From Polyangiales bacterium (lineage in GTDB: Bacteria > Myxococcota_A > Polyangia > Polyangiales > Polyangiaceae): a stretch of 64,000 bases of DNA. The notes beneath the pieces were generated by a model, which did no database searches, was not told where the DNA came from, and saw nothing but the letters and a program-made list of their open reading frames with translations. The DNA lies in NCBI GenBank assembly GCA_038230375.1, contig JBBRNJ010000027.1, positions 1-64,000 on the forward strand, written 5' to 3'. Shown here piece after piece: positions 28,058-37,959 of the stretch; positions within the stretch are counted from its first letter, which is position 1, and each line of letters begins with the position of its first letter. A program made the position numbers and the translations under genes.

Positions 28058-29774
28058 GGCGACGGCTCCGCAGGCAGACGTGAAGCTCCGCCTGGACGCG
28101 TCGTTCCTGCGCTGGTTCGTGATCCTGAACGGGGCAGTGCCCGCATCGATCCTGGCGTTCGACACGTGGCGCGGGCAGCTGGGCGCGAACGGCGTGAACT
28201 ACGCGCTGCGCACCACGGGCCTGCTCGCGCTCGTGTTCCTCGTGCTCAGCCTGTTCATCACACCCGTGAAGCGCCTTCTGGGCTGGGCCACGCTCATCGC
28301 CCCGCGGCGGGCGCTCGGCCTCTTTGGTTTCGGCTATCTGGTCGTCCACTTCGGGATCTTCTTCACGTTCGATCGCGCCGCGAGCCTCTCAAGTGCGGTC
28401 CACGAGATCCTCACGCGGAGATACCTGCAGCTCGGCACGATCGCGCTCTTGCTCCTCATCCCGCTCGCCATCACCTCGACCGACGGGATGATCACGCGCC
28501 TCGGGCCCCGGCGCTGGAAGCGAATCCACCGTCTTGCGTATGTCGCGACGGGCCTCGGCTGCCTCCACTACATCCTGCTCGTGAAGTCGGACTTGCGGCA
28601 GCCGCTTGCGTTCGCAGCCGTGGTCTCCGTGCTGCTGCTCTTTCGGGTTAGCGCGCTCTACGTCGACCTGCGTGCGCAGAAGCGAAGGCGCATAGCGCCG
28701 GTCTTGCAGGGCCGCCCAAAGTTCTGGTCCGGCCAGCTGCGCATCGCCCGCATCTTCGAAGAGACGAAGGACGTGCGGACATTCCGCCTGACGCCGCTCG
28801 TCGGCGGGCCGATGCCATTCGCGCACGTGGCGGGCCAGTACCTGAACCTGGCGCTGACGATCGACGGCAAGCGGGTGAACCGGTCCTACACCATCGCGTC
28901 ATCCCCCACGCGCTCGACCTACTGCGAGATCACCGTCAAGAAGGCGGAGCAGGGGTATGCGTCGCATCATCTGCACGGGGCGCTGAGCGAAGGATCGGTG
29001 CTCGACGTGTCGGCGCCAGCAGGGCGGTTCACCTTCGAGGGGCAAGGGCACGCGCACGTCGTCCTTCTTGGCGGAGGCGTGGGCGTGACGCCGCTCATGT
29101 CCATGCTGCGCAAGCTGACAGACAGCTGCTGGCCCGGCCGGATCGATCTGGTGTTCGCGGTAAGGACCCGGGCCGACGTCATCTTCCGCGAGGAGCTAGC
29201 CTACCTCACCGCGCGGTTCCCCAACCTGCACGTGGTGATCACTCTGTCGCGCGAGCCCAAGGACAGCGACTGGAAGGGCGAGCGGGGACAGATGAGCGGC
29301 GAGCTCCTCGCGCGCGTCATCCCCGATCTTCAGCGCGCCCCGATCTACCTCTGCGGCCCGGACGCAATGATGACGGCAACGCAGAGCACCCTTCGCGAGC
29401 TGGGCGTACCCGCCGCGAACGTGCAGCTCGAGGCCTTCATCTCGCCGCCGCCCGTGGACACGCCCGAGGGCGACGATCGCGCGATGGAGGACGAGCAGGC
29501 AGCGGCCGCCGCCACGGCCACCGTGCGCTTCGAGACCTCCGGTGTCACCGCGGAGCTCGGCGGGGACAAGACGGTCCTGGAGGCGGCGGAAGAGGCTGGC
29601 GTGGAGCTCCCGTTCGACTGCCGCTCCGGCATCTGCGGCCAGTGCAAGACGGAGCTCACAGACGGCCGCGTGATCATGTCCGTGCAGGATGCACTCACCC
29701 AGAGCGACCGCAAGCGCCACCTGATCCTGGCATGTCAGGCGCGCGCGGTCACGGACCTGGTCGTGAGGGCGTAG
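28044..29774 (+). CDS. msrQ: MsrQ heme-binding membrane subunit fused to an FAD/NAD(P)H ferredoxin-reductase domain and a C-terminal 2Fe-2S ferredoxin
   Basis: [35 protein letters not shown] (MsrQ); [25 protein letters not shown] (FNR); CRSGICGQC...C (2Fe-2S). Confidence 0.9.
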   Translation: MRTTEATAPQADVKLRLDASFLRWFVILNGAVPASILAFDTWRGQLGANGVNYALRTTGLLALVFLVLSLFITPVKRLLGWATLIAPRRALGLFGFGYLVVHFGIFFTFDRAASLSSAVHEILTRRYLQLGTIALLLLIPLAITSTDGMITRLGPRRWKRIHRLAYVATGLGCLHYILLVKSDLRQPLAFAAVVSVLLLFRVSALYVDLRAQKRRRIAPVLQGRPKFWSGQLRIARIFEETKDVRTFRLTPLVGGPMPFAHVAGQYLNLALTIDGKRVNRSYTIASSPTRSTYCEITVKKAEQGYASHHLHGALSEGSVLDVSAPAGRFTFEGQGHAHVVLLGGGVGVTPLMSMLRKLTDSCWPGRIDLVFAVRTRADVIFREELAYLTARFPNLHVVITLSREPKDSDWKGERGQMSGELLARVIPDLQRAPIYLCGPDAMMTATQSTLRELGVPAANVQLEAFISPPPVDTPEGDDRAMEDEQAAAAATATVRFETSGVTAELGGDKTVLEAAEEAGVELPFDCRSGICGQCKTELTDGRVIMSVQDALTQSDRKRHLILACQARAVTDLVVRA

Positions 29775-29872
29775 CCAGATCAAGTACGCGATCCCGTAGG
29801 AACCGGGCGTATGCGTCACAAAAAGCGTGGGACAAGCTGAATCGGCGGGCCCGAACCACGTCCAATAGAGTC

Positions 29873-31387
29873 ATGAAACGGATGACTTCCACCTGTCTGG
29901 GCGCGTTGTCTCTCCTCTCTGGGGTGCGCGTCGCGTCCGCGATGAGTGGCGGCATCAACGACAGCGACACGCCACAGAACAACGCGACCGTGTCCCTGGA
30001 CGGAGGGGCCTGCACGGGCGCGCTCATCGCTCCGCAGCTCGTCATGACCGCGGGGCACTGCCGCGGCAACGTCTCCACCGGACGGGAGTTGGACGGCACG
30101 CGCGTACCCATGGGTCAATGGGTCAAGCTCACCACGCCGTTCACGGTACGCGTGGGCACGAGCACGGCGTCGGCGGACACGGCGCATACCTACACGGCCA
30201 CATTCATGACTCAGGCGGGCTGGGCAGACATCCAGATCATCATGCTGGATCGCGCGGTACCCGCGACGCAGGCGATTCCCGCGCGCCCGCTCACGCACGC
30301 ATCGGCCAACGAATCACGGCCCGGCTTCTGGGAGAGCCAGGGCTTCACGGTCACTGGCTACGGCGGCGGTCGCGCGTCGCGACAGACGGCTGCGTGGAGG
30401 CGGGGCGCGTTTCCGTGCAAGAACGCATCTGGCCTCATCGCCAACGACGAAATGTTCTGCGGGCTCGTCCATAACGGCGCGGAGCTCGAGGGAGGGGACT
30501 CTGGCAGCCCGCTCTACTGGGTGGACCCGACGGGCGCTCGTCGCGTCATTGGTGTCTATCAAGGCAACGTCCAGGCCCTGCGCGTCTGTGACCCCGCGCA
30601 CGACGGGGCCGGAATCGCCTGTCAGACCGATACAGAGCCGGTCCTGTCGCCGAACCCGCTGACAGGCTGCAGAGAGCAGACGGCGACCACGACCTCCTAT
30701 TCAGCGTGGTCGCCCATGCATCACACCGCAACGTTCTTCAATGGCGGCGGTTGCTGGAAGGACACGAGCGGCGTCACGCGGCACCAGCCCGACATCGGAG
30801 CGTGGATCGACGACGCCATCCTCTACGCGCCCAGCGCGAACGACCACCTCGTGGACATGGTCCTCCAGCGATCATCCACAGGTCGGTTCGACATCGTGGC
30901 GGCTCCGGGCGGCGAGTTCACGACGGTGCTCACGGGCGCCACGTTCGAGAACGCGCGCGCGCCCAATCTCTTCACCAACGCCGAGACGCTGTGGGAGTGG
31001 CAGGTGGACGGCGCCCCGGGCAAGGTCCTCTACACCACCCAGTTCCAGGGCGATCACTTCAGTCATCCGTCCATGTTTCTGGATGGCATCGGGCAGATCA
31101 CCTTCAACTCGCCGCGGCTGGTGGCTCGCGTCTTCCGACGCCCCGACGGTCTGGCAAACCCCGTTGCGCTCAAGACCTACTTCAAGGGGAGCACGCGTGA
31201 GTTCCTGACGACCTGGAGTCTCGCCGACTCGGTGCCCGACGCCGCAGCGCGCTCGCAGTGGAGTCTCATCTCGGAGCCGGGCTTCGTGAGCCTGAGGTTC
31301 CCGATCCACGCCAACATCGCGCCCGCGGCCGCGAAGGGCGGCCAGCCACCCCTGCGCAATCCACCGATGCTGGTGCCCCACCCCTGA
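29873..31387 (+). CDS. Secreted S1 (trypsin-fold) serine protease with an unassigned C-terminal domain
   Basis: Signal peptide; CTGALIAP, TAGHC, ADIQII, GDSGSPL catalytic triad motifs. Confidence 0.88.
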   Translation: MKRMTSTCLGALSLLSGVRVASAMSGGINDSDTPQNNATVSLDGGACTGALIAPQLVMTAGHCRGNVSTGRELDGTRVPMGQWVKLTTPFTVRVGTSTASADTAHTYTATFMTQAGWADIQIIMLDRAVPATQAIPARPLTHASANESRPGFWESQGFTVTGYGGGRASRQTAAWRRGAFPCKNASGLIANDEMFCGLVHNGAELEGGDSGSPLYWVDPTGARRVIGVYQGNVQALRVCDPAHDGAGIACQTDTEPVLSPNPLTGCREQTATTTSYSAWSPMHHTATFFNGGGCWKDTSGVTRHQPDIGAWIDDAILYAPSANDHLVDMVLQRSSTGRFDIVAAPGGEFTTVLTGATFENARAPNLFTNAETLWEWQVDGAPGKVLYTTQFQGDHFSHPSMFLDGIGQITFNSPRLVARVFRRPDGLANPVALKTYFKGSTREFLTTWSLADSVPDAAARSQWSLISEPGFVSLRFPIHANIAPAAAKGGQPPLRNPPMLVPHP

Positions 31388-31488
31388 GCGCCGACAACAA
31401 CGATGACGGCTGTCCAGCAGCGGCGATCGCGCCGATCACGAGAAGTCCGATCGTCACGCTCGCGGCGTTGTACTAGGCTCCCGCCCGC

Positions 31489-32535
31489 ATGGGCCTCACC
31501 TACAAGCAAGCGGGCGTGGACATCGACGCAGGCGACACGCTGGTGGAGCGCATCAAGCCGCTCGCCATGCGCACCCGCATCCCCGAGATGCTCTCTGGCG
31601 TGGGTGGCTTCGCCGGGCTCTGCGCGGTGCCTTCGGGTCTCACCGAGCCGATCCTGGTCTCCGGCACCGACGGCGTGGGCACCAAGCTGAAGGCCGCGTT
31701 CGCCACCAACATGCACGACGGCATCGGCTTCGACCTGGTCGCCATGTGCGTGAACGACGTGCTCACGTGCGGCGCGCGTCCGCTCTTCTTCCTGGACTAC
31801 TTCGCGACCGGCAAGCTGGACCTGGCGATCGCGGAGCGCGTCATTGGAAGCATCGCGCGCGCATGCGAGGAGGCGCGGTCCGCGCTGCTGGGTGGTGAGA
31901 CCGCAGAGCTGCCCGGCATGTACGCGGATGGCGAGTACGATCTCGCCGGCTTCTCGGTCGGCGTCGTGGAGAAGGCGAAGATCATCGACGGCAAGCGCAC
32001 TGTCGCCGGTGATGTCGTGCTCGGCCTGCCGTCTTCGGGTCTGCACTCGAACGGCTACTCGCTCGCGCGCCGCGTGCTGGAGGCGAAGGGCGTGGCCTTC
32101 ACGGACACACCGACCGAGCTGGGCGGAAAGACCGTGGCCGCCGTATATATGCAACCTACACGCATCTATGCGCGCGCGGTCGCGGCGCTGCTCGCCTCCG
32201 GCGCCGATGTGCACGCCATGAGCCACATCACGGGCGGTGGCCTGCCGGGTAACCTGCCGCGCGTGCTGCCCGACGGCCTTGGCGTACGCGTCTCGGCGAA
32301 CGTGCCCACGCCAGCGGTGTTCAAGCTGATCGCGCGCCTTGGTGATGTGGCCACGGAGGAGATGCGTCGCGTCTTCAACATGGGCACGGGCTTCGCCATC
32401 ATCGTGCCCCAGGCTGAGGTCGCTCGCGCCACGGAGGCCCTCACGAAGGAGGGCGAGTCACCGTTCGTACTGGGTCGCGTCATTGACGTCCCCGTTGACC
32501 GCGAGTTCGAGGCGCGCGTGGAGTACGAGGCGTGA
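31489..32535 (+). CDS. purM: Phosphoribosylformylglycinamidine cyclo-ligase
   Basis: YKQAGVDI, GTDGVGTK, DLVAMCVND, GGETAELPG, SSGLHSNG, HITGGG, FNMG. Confidence 0.98.
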   Translation: MGLTYKQAGVDIDAGDTLVERIKPLAMRTRIPEMLSGVGGFAGLCAVPSGLTEPILVSGTDGVGTKLKAAFATNMHDGIGFDLVAMCVNDVLTCGARPLFFLDYFATGKLDLAIAERVIGSIARACEEARSALLGGETAELPGMYADGEYDLAGFSVGVVEKAKIIDGKRTVAGDVVLGLPSSGLHSNGYSLARRVLEAKGVAFTDTPTELGGKTVAAVYMQPTRIYARAVAALLASGADVHAMSHITGGGLPGNLPRVLPDGLGVRVSANVPTPAVFKLIARLGDVATEEMRRVFNMGTGFAIIVPQAEVARATEALTKEGESPFVLGRVIDVPVDREFEARVEYEA

Positions 32536-33158
32536 AGGTTTCCGTCCTCGTCTCCGGCAGCGGGACGAACCTGCAGGCTCTCCTGGACGCGAAGGCGCGC
32601 GGAGAGCTCGGACCCGCCACGCTGGACTCCGTCATCTCCAACGTGAAGGGCGCGTTCGCGCTCACCCGCGCGGAGAGCAGCGGCGTCTTCGCGCAGTGCA
32701 TCGAGCACAAGGCCTTCCCCGATCGCGCGTCGTTCGATCTTGCGTTGCTCGCGGCGCTGCGGGAGCGCGGGACGGAGCTCGTCGTCCTTGCCGGCTTCAT
32801 GCGGCTGCTCACGGCCACGGTGCTGGATGCGTTTCCGGATCGCGTCGTGAACGTTCATCCCGCGCTCTCCCCCGCGTTTCCGGGCGCGCACGCACTTCGC
32901 GACGCGCTCGCGTACGGCGCGCGCATCACGGGCTGCACCGTGCACTTCGTGGATCAGGGCACCGACACCGGGCCGATCATCGCGCAGGAGTCCGTCCCCA
33001 TCCTCCCCACCGACGACGAGAAAGCGCTGCGCGCGCGCGTGCAGGAGAAGGAGCACGCGCTCTTCCCGCGCGTCATCCGCGCGATCGCCGAAGGTCGCGT
33101 GACCGTCACCCGCGCGGGAGCCTTGCGCCCGCAGGTCCGCGTGGAGGAGCCGTCCTAG
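32532..33158 (+). CDS. purN: Phosphoribosylglycinamide formyltransferase
   Basis: VLVSGSGTNLQAL, LAGFMR, NVHPAL, GCTVHFVD.GTDTGPII. Confidence 0.98.
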   Translation: MKVSVLVSGSGTNLQALLDAKARGELGPATLDSVISNVKGAFALTRAESSGVFAQCIEHKAFPDRASFDLALLAALRERGTELVVLAGFMRLLTATVLDAFPDRVVNVHPALSPAFPGAHALRDALAYGARITGCTVHFVDQGTDTGPIIAQESVPILPTDDEKALRARVQEKEHALFPRVIRAIAEGRVTVTRAGALRPQVRVEEPS

Positions 33159-34684
33159 TGTCTCCAGTCTCCAAGCACTACGACGTGGCGGTGCTGGGCG
33201 GAGGGATGGGCGCTCTTTGCGCCGCTGCGCTCCTGGCGCGTCGCTCCTGGCGCGTGCTGGTGCTGGGGCAGGGGTACCTGCCGCAACGCTACGAGGTGTT
33301 CGGTCACGATCTCTGTCGGCGGCCCTTCACGCTGCTCGCGAACTCCTCACCAGCGTTCCTTCGCGTGCTCGTGGAGCTCGCGCAGTCGCAGACGTGGCGC
33401 AGGCACGTCACGCCGTGCGATCCCATGCTTGCGGTGCTGGCGCCCACCTATCGCCTGGAGCTCCCGCCGCGACCCGAGGTGTTCGCGCGCGAGCTCGATC
33501 GCGAGTTCCCCGACACGCGTCGCGTGATCGACGATCTCTACACGGAGCTGGGGCGCGTGAACGAGGTCGCCGACGCCGCGTTCGAGAAGGACGTCGTGCT
33601 TCCGCCCGGTAGCTTCTGGGAGCGCCGCGACGTCTCGCGCCTGGTCCAGAGCCTGCCGCACACGCAAGAGGGCGCGGAGCTCATGCCCGAGCTCGGCAAG
33701 GATCACCCCTACCGCGACGTGGTCAAGGTCACGTCCGAGCACGCCTCCAACCTGGACGGGCCGCTGCCCGCATTCGCCACGGCGCGCTTGCATGGCGCCT
33801 GGACGCGGGGAGTGTCGCGCCTCACCACCGGCGAGGACGAGCTCTGCGAGTTCTTCCTGGCACGCGTGCGCGCCCACGGCGGCGACACCAAGATGAGTGA
33901 TCGGGCTGCCGCGATCGTGCAGAAGAGCGGCAAGGTGCGCGGCGTGCGCGTGGACGGCGCCGACGAGGTGTTCGGCGTGCAGTTCGTGGTGTCCGGCCGC
34001 GGCGGTGACGAGCTCACGGAGCTCGCGGAGGGCTTCTCACCGTCGCGTCGCCACCTGGAGACCGCGTCCAAGGTCGTGCCGACCGCGCAGCGCTTCGTGG
34101 TGTCGCTGGTGGTGAAGGACACGGGCATCCCCGAGCTGCTCCCCCACGACTCGTTCCTCTTCCCGCGGGAGAAGGACGTCTTGCCCGTGGTGCATCTGCA
34201 GAGCATGTCGGGGCGCGTGCCGGAGACCACGCTGCTCGTCGCAGAGGCTATTTTCCCGCACGGAAAGGATCTCTCGCGTGCCCGCGAGGCCGTGCTCTGC
34301 ACGCTGGAGCAACATCTACCGTTCCTGACGCCACACGTCGTGCTCTGCGATTCACCTCACGATGGTCGACCGCTCTGGGATCTTCGCTCTGGCACGCGCG
34401 TGGACGTCGACCGCGCCCGGCTTCGTGCTGGCGGCGCACAGAGCGAGGCTGAGCCGCTCACACCGCTCTATCGCGTGGACCCACCGCAGTTCATGGGTCT
34501 TGGCGGGGAGCCCATCCGCGCGCCACTGACGAACGGCTTCGTCACGGGGCCCACCGTGCTCCCGGCGCTGGGTCAGGAGGGCGAGGTGATCGCCGCCTGG
34601 AGCGCCGCCCGCGTGATCACCCGCACGGATCGACGCAAGGAGAAGATGCGCCGCGACATGTGGAGCAAGGTGGAGCTCGCATGA
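33158..34684 (+). CDS. FAD-dependent oxidoreductase, phytoene-desaturase-like
   Basis: GTG overlaps the purN stop; YDVAVLGGGMGALCAAALLA Rossmann motif; C-terminal GPTVLPALGQEG. Confidence 0.75.
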   Translation: MSPVSKHYDVAVLGGGMGALCAAALLARRSWRVLVLGQGYLPQRYEVFGHDLCRRPFTLLANSSPAFLRVLVELAQSQTWRRHVTPCDPMLAVLAPTYRLELPPRPEVFARELDREFPDTRRVIDDLYTELGRVNEVADAAFEKDVVLPPGSFWERRDVSRLVQSLPHTQEGAELMPELGKDHPYRDVVKVTSEHASNLDGPLPAFATARLHGAWTRGVSRLTTGEDELCEFFLARVRAHGGDTKMSDRAAAIVQKSGKVRGVRVDGADEVFGVQFVVSGRGGDELTELAEGFSPSRRHLETASKVVPTAQRFVVSLVVKDTGIPELLPHDSFLFPREKDVLPVVHLQSMSGRVPETTLLVAEAIFPHGKDLSRAREAVLCTLEQHLPFLTPHVVLCDSPHDGRPLWDLRSGTRVDVDRARLRAGGAQSEAEPLTPLYRVDPPQFMGLGGEPIRAPLTNGFVTGPTVLPALGQEGEVIAAWSAARVITRTDRRKEKMRRDMWSKVELA

Positions 34685-35133
34685 GAATCAATGCATCATG
34701 CATGCTTCCGCGGGCCGCGCTGTTCTTCGTGCTCGCGGTGGGGCTCGTGTCGATCGCCGGCTGCAAGGATCCCGCGCGCGACGAGACACGCTCGCTCGTG
34801 GACGCGGTGACTCGCTTTCGCCTGGCGGGTGACGGTGAGAAGCGCGCGCGCATAGGCGACATCCAGCACGTGGCCTGCACCGCAAAGGACGTCTGCGACA
34901 CCCGCGATACTTGCCTCGTGATGGCGGAGGAGCTGGACCACTCGCTCGCGCTTCGCGTCCAGGTCAATGAGGGTCTGAAGCAGCTGAAGGACGGAACGCT
35001 CGCCAAGGAGGAACCGCGGGCGCAGGCGCTGCTCGGCGTCCTGGAAGAGTCGAAGGCCTCGCTCGAGAAGTCCCACGTGCTGGAGCGGTCGTGTGACGAC
35101 CAGCTCGCCGAGATCACGGGCCGCCATCGGTGA
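34681..35133 (+). CDS. Hypothetical helical lipoprotein
   Basis: ATGA overlap with the upstream stop; IAG-C lipobox. Confidence 0.7.
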   Translation: MRINASCMLPRAALFFVLAVGLVSIAGCKDPARDETRSLVDAVTRFRLAGDGEKRARIGDIQHVACTAKDVCDTRDTCLVMAEELDHSLALRVQVNEGLKQLKDGTLAKEEPRAQALLGVLEESKASLEKSHVLERSCDDQLAEITGRHR

Positions 35134-36178
35134 GTGGGTCGGGGTCCGTCCACTCCAGGAAGGTCTCGCTGCCGATCCACAGATCGTCGCCGCTGCTCCA
35201 GAGCGCCTGATACGTGCCGGCGCCCTTGTCGCGCGTGTTCGTCCACGTGCCGTTGGTGCGCACGTAGAGATCGCCGTCGCGCCCGCCCACGTACAGCGTG
35301 CCGTGGCTGTCGCCCGTCACGGCCGCGGCGTTGCCGTCCAGCTGGGGGATGTCGACCGTCTCCCACTGGCCGTCACCGGCGGAGTGATAGAGAAAGTGCG
35401 AGACGGCATACACGTCCTTCGGTCCGAAGCCGAAGATGGAGCTGATGCCGCCCTTCGCGGGGACCCGCTGCGTGCTCCATGTGTCGCTTCCATCGGAGTG
35501 GTATACGACTCCATCGGCGCCCTGACCGCCCGCGTAGACATCGCCCGGACCGCTGCCCCAGATCGCGAGAAGGATGACGTTGTGTGCGCCACCGTCGGCG
35601 CTGCTCACGTTGCTCTTGCGCCATGCGCCGTCGCCCCGGGACCGCATCACCTCGCCATCCGCGCCGACCTCGTACACGTCCTTCGAGCCGGAGCCCCAGA
35701 TCGCGAACGTCGCGCCGTGCGAGCCCGAGGCCTCGTGCGTCCACATGGCGAGTCCCTTGCGATGGTAGACGCCCATGTTGCCGCACGCGTACACGTCATG
35801 CGTGCCCGAGCCCCAGACTCCGCGCAGGCGTCGGTCGCGCAGCTCCTCGTGGGTCCACACGCCGTCGCCCTTGGAGTGGAGCAGGCCGCGGCCGGGATCG
35901 TCCCACGCCGCGGCGTAGACATCCGTCGGACCCGTGCCCCAGATCGCGTGCACGGGATCCAGCTCGCCCTTGCCTCCTGCTTCGACAGTGCGCGGACCAC
36001 CAGCCTTCATGCGGCGGACGCCTCCCTTGACCTCCGCGTGCGTCTTCCCGGTGCGCGCGGACTTCGGGTTTGCGCTCGCGCTCGGAGCGGGATCGGTCGT
36101 CGTGGTGGAAGACGACGATCGCGCGCAGCCTGCGACGAGGGGCGTGACGAGCACGAGCGCGATGCACCTGGCGAACAT
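35114..36178 (-). CDS. Lipoprotein with 'WGSG..DVY' beta-propeller repeats
   Basis: VAG-C lipobox; IWGTGPTDVY, VWGSGTHDVY, IWGSGSKDVY, IWGSGPGDVY, IFGFGPKDVY. Confidence 0.8.
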   Translation of the reverse strand: MFARCIALVLVTPLVAGCARSSSSTTTTDPAPSASANPKSARTGKTHAEVKGGVRRMKAGGPRTVEAGGKGELDPVHAIWGTGPTDVYAAAWDDPGRGLLHSKGDGVWTHEELRDRRLRGVWGSGTHDVYACGNMGVYHRKGLAMWTHEASGSHGATFAIWGSGSKDVYEVGADGEVMRSRGDGAWRKSNVSSADGGAHNVILLAIWGSGPGDVYAGGQGADGVVYHSDGSDTWSTQRVPAKGGISSIFGFGPKDVYAVSHFLYHSAGDGQWETVDIPQLDGNAAAVTGDSHGTLYVGGRDGDLYVRTNGTWTNTRDKGAGTYQALWSSGDDLWIGSETFLEWTDPDPLTDGGP

Positions 36179-36285
36179 CGCGCATTGTCGAACGCTCACT
36201 GGTGGGCAGTCGAGAGCGGACGAATTTGTATACAATCGACCGACACACGCTTGCATTGTCCCACATTGGCGCTATCAGGTTCGTC

Positions 36286-37212
36286 ATGCATCGCGTCAAA
36301 ACATACATCGCAGTGATTTCAACTGTTTGCATGGCATCGGTTGCCGGTTGCGCCGTCGAGAACGGTGAAGAGGCTTCTGCGGATGAGGCGGATCTGACCT
36401 CGACCGTCCACGTTCCCGCCAGCGGCGGTGCGGACTTCTCGCTCACCGCGAAGACGACTGCGGACCTCACCATCACTGTCGATTGCCACCCGTCGTCGGA
36501 CCCCGACGATGCGGGCGCCGCGATCAAGCTCTCGTCCTCCACGTTGCACATCTCGCAGCCGTCCCGCGCGGGCTACTTCCAGTGGACGGGCTCGGTGCCC
36601 GCGGGCACGCACAAGCTCACGCTCACCGGCCAGGGCCAGGCGACCACCTGCAGCGTGAAGTCCGCCGCCGTCTCCTCCAGCGCGACCTGCCGCGCGTGGA
36701 CCGCATGGCATTCGGAGAACACGAACCACACGCACATCCGCGTCGGCGCGGACGCGTCGGCTGACTGGGAGGCGCTCCCGTGCTCCGGCAATCACTGGGG
36801 CGCATGGGCCGCGTGGAGCAAGGTCTACGACAAGCCCGTGCACCATGGCTTCATGCTCCACAACATGGAGCACGGCGGAGTCGTGTTCTCGTACAAGTGC
36901 GCGTCGGCCACGGCGAGCGCCGCGTGCAAGAGCGCGCACGATGAGCTCGTCGCGCTCGCGCAGAGCCTTGGACAGCAGCGCATCATCGTCACGCCGGACC
37001 CGACGCAGCCCACGATGTTCGCCGTGCGCGCCTGGCGCTACGCATACAGCGCCGACTGCCTCGACCACGCCAGCGCGCTCGCGTTCGCGAAGGCGCACAT
37101 CCGTCACGGTCGCGAGGACGAGGCGTCTGACCCGCCGATCCCGTTCGACCCCACCACCACGAACGTGCCCTGCCAGGACCTGATGGCCGCGCCGGACTCC
37201 TGCCAGCGCTGA
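36286..37212 (+). CDS. DUF3105-domain lipoprotein
   Basis: VAG-C lipobox; PCSGNHW and LHNMEHGGVVFSY motifs. Confidence 0.78.
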   Translation: MHRVKTYIAVISTVCMASVAGCAVENGEEASADEADLTSTVHVPASGGADFSLTAKTTADLTITVDCHPSSDPDDAGAAIKLSSSTLHISQPSRAGYFQWTGSVPAGTHKLTLTGQGQATTCSVKSAAVSSSATCRAWTAWHSENTNHTHIRVGADASADWEALPCSGNHWGAWAAWSKVYDKPVHHGFMLHNMEHGGVVFSYKCASATASAACKSAHDELVALAQSLGQQRIIVTPDPTQPTMFAVRAWRYAYSADCLDHASALAFAKAHIRHGREDEASDPPIPFDPTTTNVPCQDLMAAPDSCQR

Positions 37213-37227
37213 CGCTCTCTCACCGGC

Positions 37228-37959
37228 TCACGGGAACGACGCGTGCGGAAGCCCCCCGTCGATGGCGAGCACGCTGCCCGTGACGAAGCTGGTCGAGACC
37301 AGGAACAGCACCGCGTTTGCGATGTCGTCCGGGGTGCCCACGCGCCCCGCCGGCAGCGCCTTCGCCGCAGCGCCGAAGATCTGTTCGAGCTGCGCCTCCG
37401 GCACGCCGGTCCAGTAGGTCGTGCGCAGCGTGCCGGGCGAGATCGAGTTCACACGCGTGGGCGCGAGCTCCAGCGCGAGGGTGGGGACGATCGCGTCGAG
37501 CGCGCCGTTCACTGCGGCGATGTTCGTCATTCCCTTCAGCGCGCGGCGGTTCGCGCCGCCCGAGAAGAACGTGACCGAGCCGCCGGGACGGAGGTGACGC
37601 GCACCGGCCTGCGCCACGCTCACCTGCACCCAGAACTTCCCGTCGAAGGTGTCGCGGAAGGTCTTGTCGGTGATGTCGTGGAGGAAGCTCCCGCCGCGGT
37701 TGGTCTGGCCCGCGGTGATCACGAGATGATCGAACGCGCCCACCTCCTTGAAGAACGCCGTAACGGCAGCAAGGTCCTTCCCATCGACGGCGCGCGTGGT
37801 GATCCGGCCGTTCGACTCCTTCTTCACGGCGTCGAGCTTCTCCACGTCGCGCCCGGCGATGATCACGTCCGCGCCTTCCTTTGCGAGCCGCTTCGCTGCC
37901 GCGAGCCCCGCGCCAGAGCCGCCGCCGAACACCACGGCGCGCTGTCCGTCGAGCGTCAT
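37228..37959 (-). CDS. SDR-family oxidoreductase (atypical, no YxxxK)
   Basis: VFGGGSGAG, FDHLVITAG, KFW, ELAPTRVNSISPG, VTGSVLAIDGG. Confidence 0.88.
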   Translation of the reverse strand: MTLDGQRAVVFGGGSGAGLAAAKRLAKEGADVIIAGRDVEKLDAVKKESNGRITTRAVDGKDLAAVTAFFKEVGAFDHLVITAGQTNRGGSFLHDITDKTFRDTFDGKFWVQVSVAQAGARHLRPGGSVTFFSGGANRRALKGMTNIAAVNGALDAIVPTLALELAPTRVNSISPGTLRTTYWTGVPEAQLEQIFGAAAKALPAGRVGTPDDIANAVLFLVSTSFVTGSVLAIDGGLPHASFP

